Shown here in pieces: positions 1 to 9,895 of a stretch of 64,000 nucleotides of DNA. The DNA comes from a virus. The DNA lies in IMG/VR virus record IMGVR_UViG_3300019935_000002, positions 1 through 64,000 of that record; one strand, 5' to 3'. Each line of letters begins with the position of its first letter. Positions within the stretch are counted from its first letter, which is position 1. Made by a program: the position numbers and the translations under genes. Under the pieces are notes generated by a model. It had not been told where the DNA came from. It was given only the letters and a program-made list of their open reading frames with translations, and ran no database searches.

Positions 1-465
1 TCTATCTCAAATAAAGTTGTCATTGCTTATACGGATAATGGCAACTCTAATTACGGTACAGCAGTGGTTGGTACAGTATCAGGGACAAGTATCACATTCG
101 GCACTCCTGTTGTTTTTGAGAGTGCTAATTGCGCATATACCACAGCTACATTCGACTCCAACTCAAATAAAGTTGTTATTACTTACAGGGATAATGGCAA
201 CTCTAGTTACGGTACGGCCACTGTCCTTACCCCAGAACAAACCAACGCTGACACCTACATCGGTATTTCAGCGTCCTCTGCGAATGACTCGGAGACCGTA
301 CAAGTCACAACGCTAGCAGGAGTGTCTAATCAGTCAGTCCTAACGCCAAACACCTACTACTACGTGGATTTTGACGGGGACATTGAGCCGTACAATACCG
401 GGTATAGCTTGGTCGGCAAGGCCATAGCGGTTAACAAACTACTACTAACCACGGGGGGTGCATGA
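1..465 (+). CDS. C-terminal part of a tail fibre/virion repeat protein (5' end outside the window)
   Basis: The frame is open from the window edge. Repeated unit NKVVI(A/T)YxDNGNSxYGTAxV, then a Thr/Ser-rich C-terminus of the kind seen in phage tail fibres. Confidence 0.6.
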   Translation, partial: SISNKVVIAYTDNGNSNYGTAVVGTVSGTSITFGTPVVFESANCAYTTATFDSNSNKVVITYRDNGNSSYGTATVLTPEQTNADTYIGISASSANDSETVQVTTLAGVSNQSVLTPNTYYYVDFDGDIEPYNTGYSLVGKAIAVNKLLLTTGGA

Positions 466-946
466 GATGTTCGCCATCGTCAATAAATCGACTAACCGGG
501 CTGCCTTTCTGTTTGACGAGCAGCCTTACTTTAAAAACGGTCTGGCTTATCCGATAAAGGCGCCTAATGTCACCCAAGACAATTTTGAAGTAGTCGAGGC
601 TAACCAACCACCTATGACTTTTGTGGGTAACTTACTAACACTCACGGACGGAACCTGGTCTATCGCTGACGAAGTTGCCTACGCGGAGGCCACAAAACCG
701 CCAGTACCTAAAACCATAGATAAGCGGAAAGCTAAGCAACAGCTAGTTATTGACGGTCTTTACGGGCAAGTGCAGTCAGCCATCGGCAGCATCTCTGATC
801 CAACCGAAAGGCTAATGATGGAAATTTACTGGGAGGACTCTCAGGTGTTTGAGCGCAGTCATCCGCAGCTAATTGCAATGGCTACTGCGCTAGGTCTGAC
901 CAGCGAACAGATTGACATTATGTTTATTAACGCATCTAAACTATAA
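458..946 (+). CDS. Tail-fibre-associated hypothetical protein
   Basis: Overlaps the fibre stop. The C-terminal 'WEDSQVFERSHP...LGLTSEQIDIMF' motif recurs downstream of phage fibre genes. Confidence 0.55.
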   Translation: MHEMFAIVNKSTNRAAFLFDEQPYFKNGLAYPIKAPNVTQDNFEVVEANQPPMTFVGNLLTLTDGTWSIADEVAYAEATKPPVPKTIDKRKAKQQLVIDGLYGQVQSAIGSISDPTERLMMEIYWEDSQVFERSHPQLIAMATALGLTSEQIDIMFINASKL

Positions 947-959
947 CCGGAGAAACGGT

Positions 960-1442
960 ATGCTTAAAATTTTAGCTTTGTCTGTGATAGTCGTCACATT
1001 GAGCGCATGCTCGACACTTGGCGATTTATTCGTATCCGGCACTAACGCGGCCTACGCTATTGACACGAACGGCGGCAGCGTCAGTACTATGATTCTTAAA
1101 GCTGATCTGACAGACACAGAGGTAGGGAAGGTGGTAGCTGCTCGTAGCACTATAAAGAGTCTCAGGGATAAGTTCTCCAGGATCAAACCAGAGAATCTTC
1201 TTCTCCTACAGACGGACTATTTCACGGCCAGAGACGCTTACCTTGATGTCTACGCAGTCGTCCTGGCGCATAAAAACGAGTACACAGTTGACGAATGGCA
1301 GGCGTTTGAGGATGCACATAAAGCTGCCATGGCACTTGACGACTCTGTATCACAGTTCATTAAAGCTAGAGACGTTAACGGCTCAGCCTACCAGTTGTCG
1401 CTCTACCTGACTACGGCGGCCAAACTGGCTCTGCTTCTTTAG
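960..1442 (+). CDS. Predicted lipoprotein (possible spanin or exclusion protein)
   Basis: ATG at 960 after GGAG. Signal peptide MLKILALSVIVVTLSAC with an LSAC lipobox. Confidence 0.65.
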   Translation: MLKILALSVIVVTLSACSTLGDLFVSGTNAAYAIDTNGGSVSTMILKADLTDTEVGKVVAARSTIKSLRDKFSRIKPENLLLLQTDYFTARDAYLDVYAVVLAHKNEYTVDEWQAFEDAHKAAMALDDSVSQFIKARDVNGSAYQLSLYLTTAAKLALLL

Positions 1443-1450
1443 GTGGCGCT

Positions 1451-1807
1451 ATGATGACACTGATAGTTAATCGCCCGAAAATTGAGTGGGTTGGAGGGGA
1501 TAAACCTTACATGCTGTTAGAGGAGTTCACATTCCGAACCCCCTACGGCGATATCACTGTCCCCGGCTTCTATAGGTTTGACGGGGCATCAGTGCCTCGC
1601 ATCCCATTTGTACACGCCCGGTATGGAGGCAAAGCGTTAGAAGCCTCATGTCCGCACGACTATGGGTATGAGTTTAAAACTCACCCCAGAAAAACGCTGG
1701 ATAAAATGTTTCGCTATCTGATGGACTTCTACGAGAACCCAGAAGTACCTAGCCAAAGGACTGCGATGTATGCTGTAGTAAGAGTTGCGGGCTGGACACA
1801 TTGGTAG
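1451..1807 (+). CDS. DUF1353-like protein
   Basis: Motifs ITVPGFYRFDGASVPR, HDYGY, DKMF and MYAVVRVAGW. Confidence 0.75.
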   Translation: MMTLIVNRPKIEWVGGDKPYMLLEEFTFRTPYGDITVPGFYRFDGASVPRIPFVHARYGGKALEASCPHDYGYEFKTHPRKTLDKMFRYLMDFYENPEVPSQRTAMYAVVRVAGWTHW

Positions 1808-1871
1808 CAGGAAATGACTAAGAGGTATTTTAGTAGTAGAATTTAGAAAACCGACCAGCTGAGAGGGTGTT

Positions 1872-2222
1872 ATGGGCCAGGATAGTGATCGACGACAAGA
1901 GGCTGTAGAGCAGGACGTTAGGGCTATTTTCAAGGCCATTAGCCAGCTAACCACCGACATGAAGTTGATGACGCAGTCGACGATTACGACTCAGCAGTCT
2001 ATGGAGGAAATGAGGAAGGCAATGGACGCGCAGCACGAGATGGATAAGAGGCTGCAGGCGGTAGAAATAGCCGTTGATCACCTAGACGGACTACCTAAGG
2101 CGCTAGAGACTTTGAACTCCCGGGTAACTAGTAACGAGTCGGTGGCGACTATTATAAAATGGGTGTCAGCATCTGTAGGTCTGTCAGCAATAGGCGTAAT
2201 AGTCAGTAAAGGGTTGGGCTAA
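1872..2222 (+). CDS. Coiled-coil protein with C-terminal TM helix (holin/XhlA-like)
   Basis: Heptad-rich body followed by IIKWVSASVGLSAIGVIV. Confidence 0.5.
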   Translation: MGQDSDRRQEAVEQDVRAIFKAISQLTTDMKLMTQSTITTQQSMEEMRKAMDAQHEMDKRLQAVEIAVDHLDGLPKALETLNSRVTSNESVATIIKWVSASVGLSAIGVIVSKGLG

Positions 2223-2527
2223 TGCACATAACCTACCTACCTCACTTAATAACTTTCCTAATGTGCTCAATGGTGGCTTTCTTGGCCATAACCAATATAG
2301 CAGCCTATAGGCAAGTTAAAGGAGCCAGGGTAGGCCAGCTGGTCATCTGGGTATCCTTCTTTCAGCTAGCGGTTGTGGCTCTGTTCTGCTACAACCAGTC
2401 CCTCTGGCTAATAAACAACCATGAGGAACTGGTAGGTACTGAAATATCAATCCTGTGGTTGAGCTACGACTATGGCAATACCACGTTCCATCTTCTAGTC
2501 GCAGCCACGATAAGGTCAATCAGGTAA
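2222..2527 (+). CDS. Multi-pass membrane protein (holin candidate)
   Basis: Three hydrophobic segments in 101 aa; translationally coupled to the previous ORF. Confidence 0.45.
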   Translation: MHITYLPHLITFLMCSMVAFLAITNIAAYRQVKGARVGQLVIWVSFFQLAVVALFCYNQSLWLINNHEELVGTEISILWLSYDYGNTTFHLLVAATIRSIR

Positions 2528-2968
2528 CTATCTTCGTTTGTTGCTTGCAGCCCTACGTCGGAACGCCCCCAAAATCTTGTCGTCCAGATTGTCCTCAGAT
2601 TTGACTGCCGTATAGGGATCAACGGAGCTGGGGTCCTGACCTGAGAAGTAGTGACTAACATAGGCGACACTCATTTGCCGGATAGCTCTAACCTCACTAG
2701 GACTTAAACACACCCCTGTCAAATTCACGTAAGACTCTATCTCAGACCAAGGTATTGACTGAGGGCCATTAGCCCCTGGGACGAACATCCCTATCTCTTC
2801 AAATATGTCAACCAAGTGCTTAACGTCTGACACGTCCGGTAGTTCGCAATCCCCCAACTCGGAACGGGTCTTTCTTTCCTGCTTTTTACTGGAGTATTCG
2901 GGGTCAGGTACAGATGACAGCCAGCCTTTTTTGCTAGCGTAAGTGACTAGCTGCCTGGTTGCTTTGGG
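2528..2968 (-). CDS. Tail assembly chaperone T segment, reached by -1 frameshift (gpGT equivalent)
   Basis: The -1 frame stays open from the slippery site (KATRQLVTYASKKGWL...) into ORF 2528-2857, which has the 'IPWSEIESY..LTG..LSPSEV..IRQMS' chaperone motif. Confidence 0.8.
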   Translation of the reverse strand, partial: PKATRQLVTYASKKGWLSSVPDPEYSSKKQERKTRSELGDCELPDVSDVKHLVDIFEEIGMFVPGANGPQSIPWSEIESYVNLTGVCLSPSEVRAIRQMSVAYVSHYFSGQDPSSVDPYTAVKSEDNLDDKILGAFRRRAASNKRR

Positions 2969-3444
2969 ACCCAGTTAGACAGCTCAGACCGGAAGCTTAT
3001 AAGCTGATCTGCTATCCAAGAGTTCTCATTGAGGACGTCCAATATAGAGGGAGAATCAGACGAGTCGGTTTCTATAGAGCCCTGCAGTCCAGTACAGCAC
3101 CTGGCCAGATGAGAGACGAACTCTTCTTGTATGATAGGCAGCATGGCGCTCTTAATGGTCTCACTGTTGTCCTCATCCCATTTGGCCACTTCAGCTACTT
3201 CAGCCGTAGAAGAATTCTGGTCAGTTACCGGCCTTCCCATAGACTGAACCAGCTCATACTTCCTGCGCAGGATGTTAGTGTGCATCTGAGACTTAGACGA
3301 AGACCCTTTTTTACTGTTGTCGCTGTAAGTGTAGAATCCAATCTCGACCCCATCCTCATCTTTAAGAGGCTCCCCGGTAACAGGGTGTAGTATGTGGAAG
3401 AACTCAGGAGTCTGCTTGTTAGGGTTAAAGTCAGATATTTTCAT
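2947..3444 (-). CDS. Tail assembly chaperone (gpG equivalent)
   Basis: Lies directly downstream of the tail tube gene; HPVTGEPL motif; ends just after a slippery heptamer. Confidence 0.75.
   Translation of the reverse strand: MKISDFNPNKQTPEFFHILHPVTGEPLKDEDGVEIGFYTYSDNSKKGSSSKSQMHTNILRRKYELVQSMGRPVTDQNSSTAEVAEVAKWDEDNSETIKSAMLPIIQEEFVSHLARCCTGLQGSIETDSSDSPSILDVLNENSWIADQLISFRSELSNWVPKQPGS
2962..2968 (-). other. -1 programmed frameshift site C CCA AAG
   Basis: X XXY YYZ heptamer in the correct codon phase (GTC CCA AAG), 5 codons before the gpG stop. Confidence 0.8.
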
Positions 3445-3542
3445 TATTCATCTCTAATAATAACGCCTCGGGAAGAAGAGCCAGCAGCAGGAGACGGCTG
3501 CTTTCGGTAGCTAACCTAGCTGGCCCAAACTCGCAGATTCCG

Positions 3543-3995
3543 CTAAGGAGCGGCAACCTCGATAATATCGTCATCGATCTCCAAAGTTACTGCTCCGGAG
3601 GTGATAGAGTCAACGTTGCCAAGGTTGTAAGTAAAGCTCATAACCTGAGCGCTGAAGTAGAGCTTAGCGCCACCCTGCAAAGTCAGGTCGAAGTAGTGAC
3701 TGTCGTCGCTATCGAGCGCTGTGTTGGCGGCGATTTGTCCTGCGTCAGTGGCGTCTCGGCCCAACTGAAGCGTAACAGCTCCGTCGTTGAAACTGCCTTT
3801 GCGCTTGACGGTTCGGCGGTCACCGATAGGGTTATGGGTAACCAAGTTATAGGTCCGACCAAATTCACCCATATCTGTAATATCAGCGATAGAGTCGAAG
3901 GTCAGAGCAGCAAAGCCTGCCTCGTCATAAGTAGCAGGGGGCGTGGCAGAAATGCCAAGGGTAGATCCTGCCGTAGTACGTACTTTAGAAGCCAT
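3543..3995 (-). CDS. Major tail tube protein (siphovirus)
   Basis: Motifs PATYDEAGFAALTF, GEFGRTYNLVTHNPIG, KRKGSFNDG and DAGQ; followed by the G/GT chaperone pair. Confidence 0.8.
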   Translation of the reverse strand: MASKVRTTAGSTLGISATPPATYDEAGFAALTFDSIADITDMGEFGRTYNLVTHNPIGDRRTVKRKGSFNDGAVTLQLGRDATDAGQIAANTALDSDDSHYFDLTLQGGAKLYFSAQVMSFTYNLGNVDSITSGAVTLEIDDDIIEVAAP

Positions 3996-4078
3996 GGCTT
4001 CCTCCTGTTATTCAATTTTCCGGAAATGGAACAGGCCCATAGCTGAGCCTGATTGAATTGTACTACGGAGGATAGGTT

Positions 4079-4516
4079 TTATCTATTATTGGACGGGTTC
4101 CCGCTACTCTCGTAGAGGGAGGCCAGGCCGGTTATGCTGCGTTTGGCATCCGCCAGCAGAGCAGCCGACAAATCAACCTCTGATGTCTCAGCCATCCCCA
4201 GCTCCAGCAGGAACATGACACATGCTGCGGCATGGCCCAGATGATGAAGGCCGGACTCTTTGTCCGTAATCTCTCCGCCACGGTAAGCGTTAACATGGCG
4301 CAGCATAGCGTCCATATACCTTTGCTGCGCATTCTCAACCCTCCGCCAGTTGTCCGGACCGTACTTCTCTGCCCCAAATGTCAGCACTTTTGCCAACTCC
4401 AACTCTGCGGCAGACGGGATAAGACTCATCATAGGCTTACCTGCGTCAAATTTCTTGCCCGCGTCAAGACACTCAGGTGCTTTCAAAGTCGTAGCAACCA
4501 TCTTTACCTCCATCAA
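4079..4516 (-). CDS. dATP/dGTP diphosphohydrolase domain protein (DUF5664-type)
   Basis: Motifs KFDAGK, VLTFGAEKYGPDNW, YMDAMLRH and DKESGLHHLGHA. Confidence 0.8.
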   Translation of the reverse strand: MMEVKMVATTLKAPECLDAGKKFDAGKPMMSLIPSAAELELAKVLTFGAEKYGPDNWRRVENAQQRYMDAMLRHVNAYRGGEITDKESGLHHLGHAAACVMFLLELGMAETSEVDLSAALLADAKRSITGLASLYESSGNPSNNR

Positions 4517-6840
4517 ATTAATTCAACGACGTTCTCTGCAGAACGAATCTCGTCTTCTTTATGCGTGACTGTCACGACCTGCCCATTCATAGAGCTGATC
4601 ACCGAAATACAGCGTGTACCGATTTTAGAACTCATGGCCGACGTTGGCTCATCGAGCATCAGGAATCCAGAACCCGGGTTGAGTACTTTGGACACGGCGA
4701 TCTTAATAGCAATCCCCGCAACATCCTCCTGAGCGCCTGACAGCTCCTTGATCGCAACTTCATGACCGTCCTCAGTGCAGACGAAAGTATCTCCGTCACG
4801 GCGGAAGCTATCAATCTCTGTAGACTGCCCGGACTCAGAGGTGATCCCCTCTGTGATGGCTTTAGCCACTGAGCTGGCCTCTCTACAGATACTGCCCCAG
4901 ACCTGGCCCAGATATTCTGAGCGGCGAGACTTAACGTACTTCGCAAGCTCCGCCACCGAGACTTTGCGAGATTTAAGGCCATCAATCTCCGTCTTTTCCT
5001 GCTCAACTTTATTGATCATCTCAAAGAGAGACGCCAGCTCACGCTCTGCCGACTCTACCTCAAATTTCGCACGATCTCGGCGGGCGATGAAGTCAGCGGC
5101 TTGTTTAGAGAATTCCTGATGACGACGCTGACAGTAGTCCACGTCAGGTCGGTCTCCCAAGACGGGGAGGGACTTCAGCTGCCCCTCAGCAGACTTCTTG
5201 TCGGCTAAAGCCACATCAATCTGATCGGATAGTCCTTTGATGCGGGCATCAGCCTTAGCCCGATCCTCTTCCTGCCGGCGCAGGTAAGACAGCTCCTCGG
5301 AGATCTGCTCTTTCTCTGCGTACAGAGGGGCGGTGTCGATCCGTTCCGGAATATCAGACAGGTCGGAGTTAGCAAGGTCTTCTAGCACTGCCTCCAGGCC
5401 CTGAAGTTCTGCCTTGGCCTGCTCTTTGGCGTGTTGACGGGCCTCAGAGGAAGATAACTCTCCTTCCACAGATGTAAGGGCGCTTCTAGCCTCGACAACA
5501 ACCTGATTCAGGCGCTGGGACTCATCGTCAGCATGAGATATTTTTTCTTGCTCCAACTCCAGCTTGAGCTTAGCTGCAGCTATCTCCCCCTCCACCTTCT
5601 CAACATACTCCGGAGTCACCTCTGGCATACTCTGGTGGCAGGTAGGGCAAGTCGTGCTATGCAGTTGGTTCTCTAAGGCGGCCAGATCTTTTTTGAGGCC
5701 CTTAACCTGTCGGGCAGCTACATCTCGGTCATCCTGAACCTTCGCCCAGCTATCCTGAGCTGCTTTAAGCTCAGCCCGGGCACTCTCTACTGCCTGACGA
5801 AGATCATCAATAGGCTCATCATCTGCTTCTGACTGCTTGCGATAGGCATCTATCTTACCTTCAACCTCAGCTTTCCGGCGCTCGAAAACTTTAAGCTCGG
5901 CCTCTGCGGCTTTAATTTGCCTCTCTACCTCAGCTGCGTGTCGGATCTTAGCGCTAACCTCATCAACCCTCTGACCTAAAGTGTCCAACAGGGACAGATT
6001 TACCGGGTCAGGCATAACTACCTGAGATCGTTGAGACATAAGAAGGTCGACTTTATAGCTGGCAGACTCTACCGCCTGAGCGGCTGACTCCCGAGCCTGT
6101 TTAAGGGCTACCCACTGGGCGTCCTGATCACGGGCCACTTTCTCGTCATGGGCGGCTTGGTCCCTCTGCTCCAGAAGATGGGCATGGACGTCTACGTCCT
6201 CCAAATCACGGAGCTTAGACTGCAGCAGCAGTGACATCGATTTATGCTTTTCTTTCAGTCCACTCAAGTCATGCTCAACAACAGAGTGTCGATGATTGAC
6301 GATGGCGTCGATACGATTGAACTCAGCCTTGCACCAGTCCTCCACACGGATCAGCACGTCAGCACCCGTCTGCTTCTCAACTTGCCTTTGCAGACGAATG
6401 CCGCCGGAACGCGCGATAGAGAACGCCTCTTTCTGCTCAACAAGGTGCAGGAATTTGAAGGACTCCGCAGAGCCAAGCAAGGCGGCTACCGCAGCTGTAA
6501 CGTCAGAACGACCTTTAGCTATGACCTCAGGAGATTTAAAATCGGAGGTTTCGCTGCTGACGAGTTCCGCTGTAGACGCAGAGCACGACACTTTATAAAA
6601 GAGTTTGCCTGCCTGGAATGTCGCTGCCACCTTCCAAGCGCCGGTAGTGTCTCGGGTCTTGAGCGCGGCTGCTGCTCCGCGAACTTGAGAGGTCCCGTAC
6701 AAAGCGGTAAGGAAGGCCTCAATCAGGGTAGTCTTGCCGAACCCGTTAGGGCCTGTAATCGCGTTTAGGCCAGACGTCAGGTTAATTGTTCGAGTGCCTA
6801 AGCGTTTGAAATTCGTGGTGGACAGTTCAATGAGTTTCAT
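4513..6840 (-). CDS. SbcC/Rad50-like ATPase
   Basis: Walker A GPNGFGKT, long coiled coil with CPTC zinc hook, LSGAQ signature, MLDEP Walker B. Confidence 0.9.
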   Translation of the reverse strand: MKLIELSTTNFKRLGTRTINLTSGLNAITGPNGFGKTTLIEAFLTALYGTSQVRGAAAALKTRDTTGAWKVAATFQAGKLFYKVSCSASTAELVSSETSDFKSPEVIAKGRSDVTAAVAALLGSAESFKFLHLVEQKEAFSIARSGGIRLQRQVEKQTGADVLIRVEDWCKAEFNRIDAIVNHRHSVVEHDLSGLKEKHKSMSLLLQSKLRDLEDVDVHAHLLEQRDQAAHDEKVARDQDAQWVALKQARESAAQAVESASYKVDLLMSQRSQVVMPDPVNLSLLDTLGQRVDEVSAKIRHAAEVERQIKAAEAELKVFERRKAEVEGKIDAYRKQSEADDEPIDDLRQAVESARAELKAAQDSWAKVQDDRDVAARQVKGLKKDLAALENQLHSTTCPTCHQSMPEVTPEYVEKVEGEIAAAKLKLELEQEKISHADDESQRLNQVVVEARSALTSVEGELSSSEARQHAKEQAKAELQGLEAVLEDLANSDLSDIPERIDTAPLYAEKEQISEELSYLRRQEEDRAKADARIKGLSDQIDVALADKKSAEGQLKSLPVLGDRPDVDYCQRRHQEFSKQAADFIARRDRAKFEVESAERELASLFEMINKVEQEKTEIDGLKSRKVSVAELAKYVKSRRSEYLGQVWGSICREASSVAKAITEGITSESGQSTEIDSFRRDGDTFVCTEDGHEVAIKELSGAQEDVAGIAIKIAVSKVLNPGSGFLMLDEPTSAMSSKIGTRCISVISSMNGQVVTVTHKEDEIRSAENVVELI

Positions 6841-6849
6841 GGTGGTTCC

Positions 6850-7920
6850 TTATTTAGATTCTATGGAGGACAAAGCTTCTTTCATAAGCTCAGCTGTTTC
6901 GCCTTCAAGCTCAGCCAGCATTACCTCGGGCAGAGACTCCAGGTTGACTTCCTCTTCCGCTGTGCCGGCCTCATGGATGTACTCAATCTTCGAGGTACGC
7001 AAGGCGATTAGATGTTCGGCCTCCTTCCATAGCTTAGCGACAGTGTCGGCCACTTCCACAGACACTTTTGCGTCCGCCTTCCCTACCACGTCGATGAATT
7101 GAACATTGCTGTCAGCTAAATCCGTCAGCCTGACAAAATCTTCAACATCGACAGTCCACGCCCTTTTTGAACTCCATGTCAGGTGGTGCTCGACCTCCTT
7201 AGTCTCAGTGTCGATAGTCGTCACGAACTTGTCCGAGATGTCGGAGAAGCTGGTCGGATGGGTCTGACCGACAGAGATAACGCGTCCGTCTTTACGTTTA
7301 GCCAGCTGGTGCTCATGGCCCATGACGATAAAGTCGAAATCCTCAAGCAGTCGGTCAGCCATCTCCTCTGTCAGATTCAGGTTCTGCTCTTTCTCTGTGA
7401 CGAGGTCGTTGTCATAGTTGCAGTGCAGGAAGAGGTAATTGTTCGAGGTATGAGACGCCTGCTGGGCTGCTGACAGCAGAGATTCCTCAAACACCTGCTG
7501 GCTAACGCAGTGGGGGATGAAGTAAAGGTTGGCCCCGCTACAATTCTCATGGTGGAAGCTGGGCTCCCACTGAGTAGAGACAAACCAACTGTCTGACTTG
7601 CCGCCGGAGGCTACCGCAGCCAACAAGCCAATGGAGCTGACGGTGTCCTTGCGGTTTCGGTCATCGTGGTTACCGAACATAACGACGTCGCACTGACCAG
7701 CCAGTCGGCTTCCGTCCAGGATGTCGGCCTCGTCATTCACGGCTTTATCGAATAGGTCGGCAGTATGGATTACGATGTCAGCGCCTTCCTGCCTCAGAAG
7801 TTCTGCGCCGTAACCTGCAGTCTCGCAAATTTCTTTTTTAAGCCTCGCACGAGACTCGACTGTGGTGTTGGTCTTAAGGGACTTTCCGATATGGGTGTCT
7901 GATAGTATTCCGAGTTTCAT
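6850..7920 (-). CDS. SbcD/Mre11-like metallophosphoesterase nuclease
   Basis: Start re-assigned to MKLGILSDTHIG (ATG 7920). Motifs DxH, ADLFD, GNHD and GHEH; adjacent to Rad50. Confidence 0.88.
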   Translation of the reverse strand: MKLGILSDTHIGKSLKTNTTVESRARLKKEICETAGYGAELLRQEGADIVIHTADLFDKAVNDEADILDGSRLAGQCDVVMFGNHDDRNRKDTVSSIGLLAAVASGGKSDSWFVSTQWEPSFHHENCSGANLYFIPHCVSQQVFEESLLSAAQQASHTSNNYLFLHCNYDNDLVTEKEQNLNLTEEMADRLLEDFDFIVMGHEHQLAKRKDGRVISVGQTHPTSFSDISDKFVTTIDTETKEVEHHLTWSSKRAWTVDVEDFVRLTDLADSNVQFIDVVGKADAKVSVEVADTVAKLWKEAEHLIALRTSKIEYIHEAGTAEEEVNLESLPEVMLAELEGETAELMKEALSSIESK

Positions 7921-7930
7921 TTTGATTCCT

Positions 7931-8596
7931 CTAGCTATTGAAATTCCACTGGTCTGCCATAGCGTCCGACCAGCCTTGATAGGTTTCGGACCTTGCTTTC
8001 CACCGGTCAGCGGAAGGAGGCAGCCTGTTTTGACCTGAGTCGGTCTGGTTGTCGAACCGCTCAACCATTTTTCCGGAGCCTCTAGGCCACTCAACCTCCC
8101 TACCGCGCACCCTTTTAGTAGGTTCCAACTTCGGCAGGCCCTTCAGCCATAAGCAGGTCTTCTTGCTCGCGTTGTGGCCGTACTCAAAAGGTTGAATGAT
8201 TTGGTCTGGTTTTCTGTATCTAGTCGACATCACCCCTACAGGGTTCTCTACCGCTATTCTTGGGCAGTCAGCGTTAACGATTGCCAAGAAGAAGTTGGCG
8301 GCCTCGTCTCTTGCTGCACGGCGAGCGGAGCCGTACAACTTGTCAGGCGACAGCTTCTTATTGATTTGCTCGGGCTCCTTGTAGGCCCACTCAGCAGAGC
8401 AGGTGAGGTACGTGCAGGGTGGGTGGCCGACAATCAGGTCCCACCCGTCATCGAGCACTTCCAGTACGTCACCCTGGATATGAAACTCTGAGCCATCATC
8501 TGCAGGGAGAATATCGCAGCTCCATGCGTCATGACCTTTGGCCCTGAATGCGTTTCTGGTGTTGCCCGACGACTCGCAGGCTATTAAGACTTTCAT
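7931..8596 (-). CDS. Phage-type DNA cytosine methyltransferase
   Basis: VLIACESSG SAM-binding motif, HPPCT catalytic motif and ENP motif. Confidence 0.75.
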   Translation of the reverse strand: MKVLIACESSGNTRNAFRAKGHDAWSCDILPADDGSEFHIQGDVLEVLDDGWDLIVGHPPCTYLTCSAEWAYKEPEQINKKLSPDKLYGSARRAARDEAANFFLAIVNADCPRIAVENPVGVMSTRYRKPDQIIQPFEYGHNASKKTCLWLKGLPKLEPTKRVRGREVEWPRGSGKMVERFDNQTDSGQNRLPPSADRWKARSETYQGWSDAMADQWNFNS

Positions 8597-8678
8597 GCTT
8601 TACTCCCGTAGATGTAGAACCGGTAGCTGCCGGTTCTACAGAGATAAAGTTATAGCTTAAAGTTCAGCTAAGGTCAAC

Positions 8679-9895
8679 TTACAGCTCATCCCGACGCCGA
8701 GCGATAGGGTGACGAGGCAAACCTTCGTCCGTCCACTCGAAGTATTTGCAGGTGGCCAGCTTGCCAACGAAATCAGAATCATCGGCAGCCCACAGCTTGG
8801 CCCGCAGCAGGACTCCGCCTTCCATTGTGGCCCTAAATTCTTTTCTTTCACCGTCCACCTCCCGGACACAAATCAGCTGCGCCTGTTGAGCATACCCGTC
8901 ATCGACCGAGCGATCAGGGTAGTCGGAGGCTGAACCCACCACCGGAGCAGGCTTTATGGTTCGGTCGATGCCTACGATCTCGAACTCCTCGTCGTGGAAG
9001 TCCTTACGTTTAATCATGCGCTTGTCACGGCCATTAGGCTTGTAAGGTTGCTCGGAGCACCGAGCGATGGAGCCCTCATACCTTGCTGAATCCACCGGGC
9101 GTGGGACGAATCCCAGACCTGTTCAAGCTCTCCCTCTGCGACGGGGTCGTCGCCTTCAAACTTGTAAGGCTGGGCACAAATTGAAGGGACGCCCATGATC
9201 GGGAACCCAGCACGGTAGACATGCTCAGTGAGGTACTCATAGCGGTCACCGTAAGACATATCCGACACCATATCGTAGACGTGATACCCGAGCTTAGCGG
9301 TGTTCTCGTTAGGCTTCTTGGCCGCAGAGCTGATCTGCTGGAACGTCAGATCATGGCAGTACAGCTCTCCATCAAGAGTGGTTCCTACCGGCACATGAAC
9401 CTTGTCGAGTGCAGCCTCAATGTGAGGCACCGAGATAGACTTTGCCTGCCGGGTGTACAGCTGCCAACCGCCTTCCTGCTTCAGGGCAAGCATACGGAAT
9501 CCGTCGAGTTTCGGCTGGAACAGGTACGTTGCGAGGGAGACCTCCTTGGCTTTTTCCCTTGATAGGGCCAGCATTGGCTTAGTAAAGCCTAAGCCGTTTT
9601 TGCCTGCGTCCGCAGCCGCAGGGATGTCTTCCTGATAACCCTTGTCCTGCTGCTTCTTCGCTTTCGATTCAGCTTCCGACAGAGCCTGCTGCAAGGGAGT
9701 CGTCTCATTAGCCCGGCCAATGTTCTTGCCCTGGGTGATATTGGTCTTACGCTCGGTAAGCTTGCCATCTTTAAGGCCTTGGCGGATAGAAATGGTGGCG
9801 GTGCCGTCCTCATTCTGATCTACAGAGATAGACCACTGGCGGACTTTGTTTTTGCTGTCCAGGTTGAACAGGGTTTTGGTGAAAATTGGGTTCAT
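8679..9895 (-). pseudogene. ATP-dependent DNA ligase split by a 1-nt deletion near 9081 (assembly error or pseudogene)
   Basis: KLDG motif I and LDGELY in 9014-9895. YEGSIAR, KRK and the OB-fold 'PRHP' lie in 8679-9095. The junction CAA GG TAT GAG lacks one base of the Gly in G-YEG. Confidence 0.8.

Noticed and set aside
7921-8094. N-terminal extension of the Mre11-like ORF
   Set aside because: It overlaps the MTase gene; the true start is ATG 7920 with its own SD.
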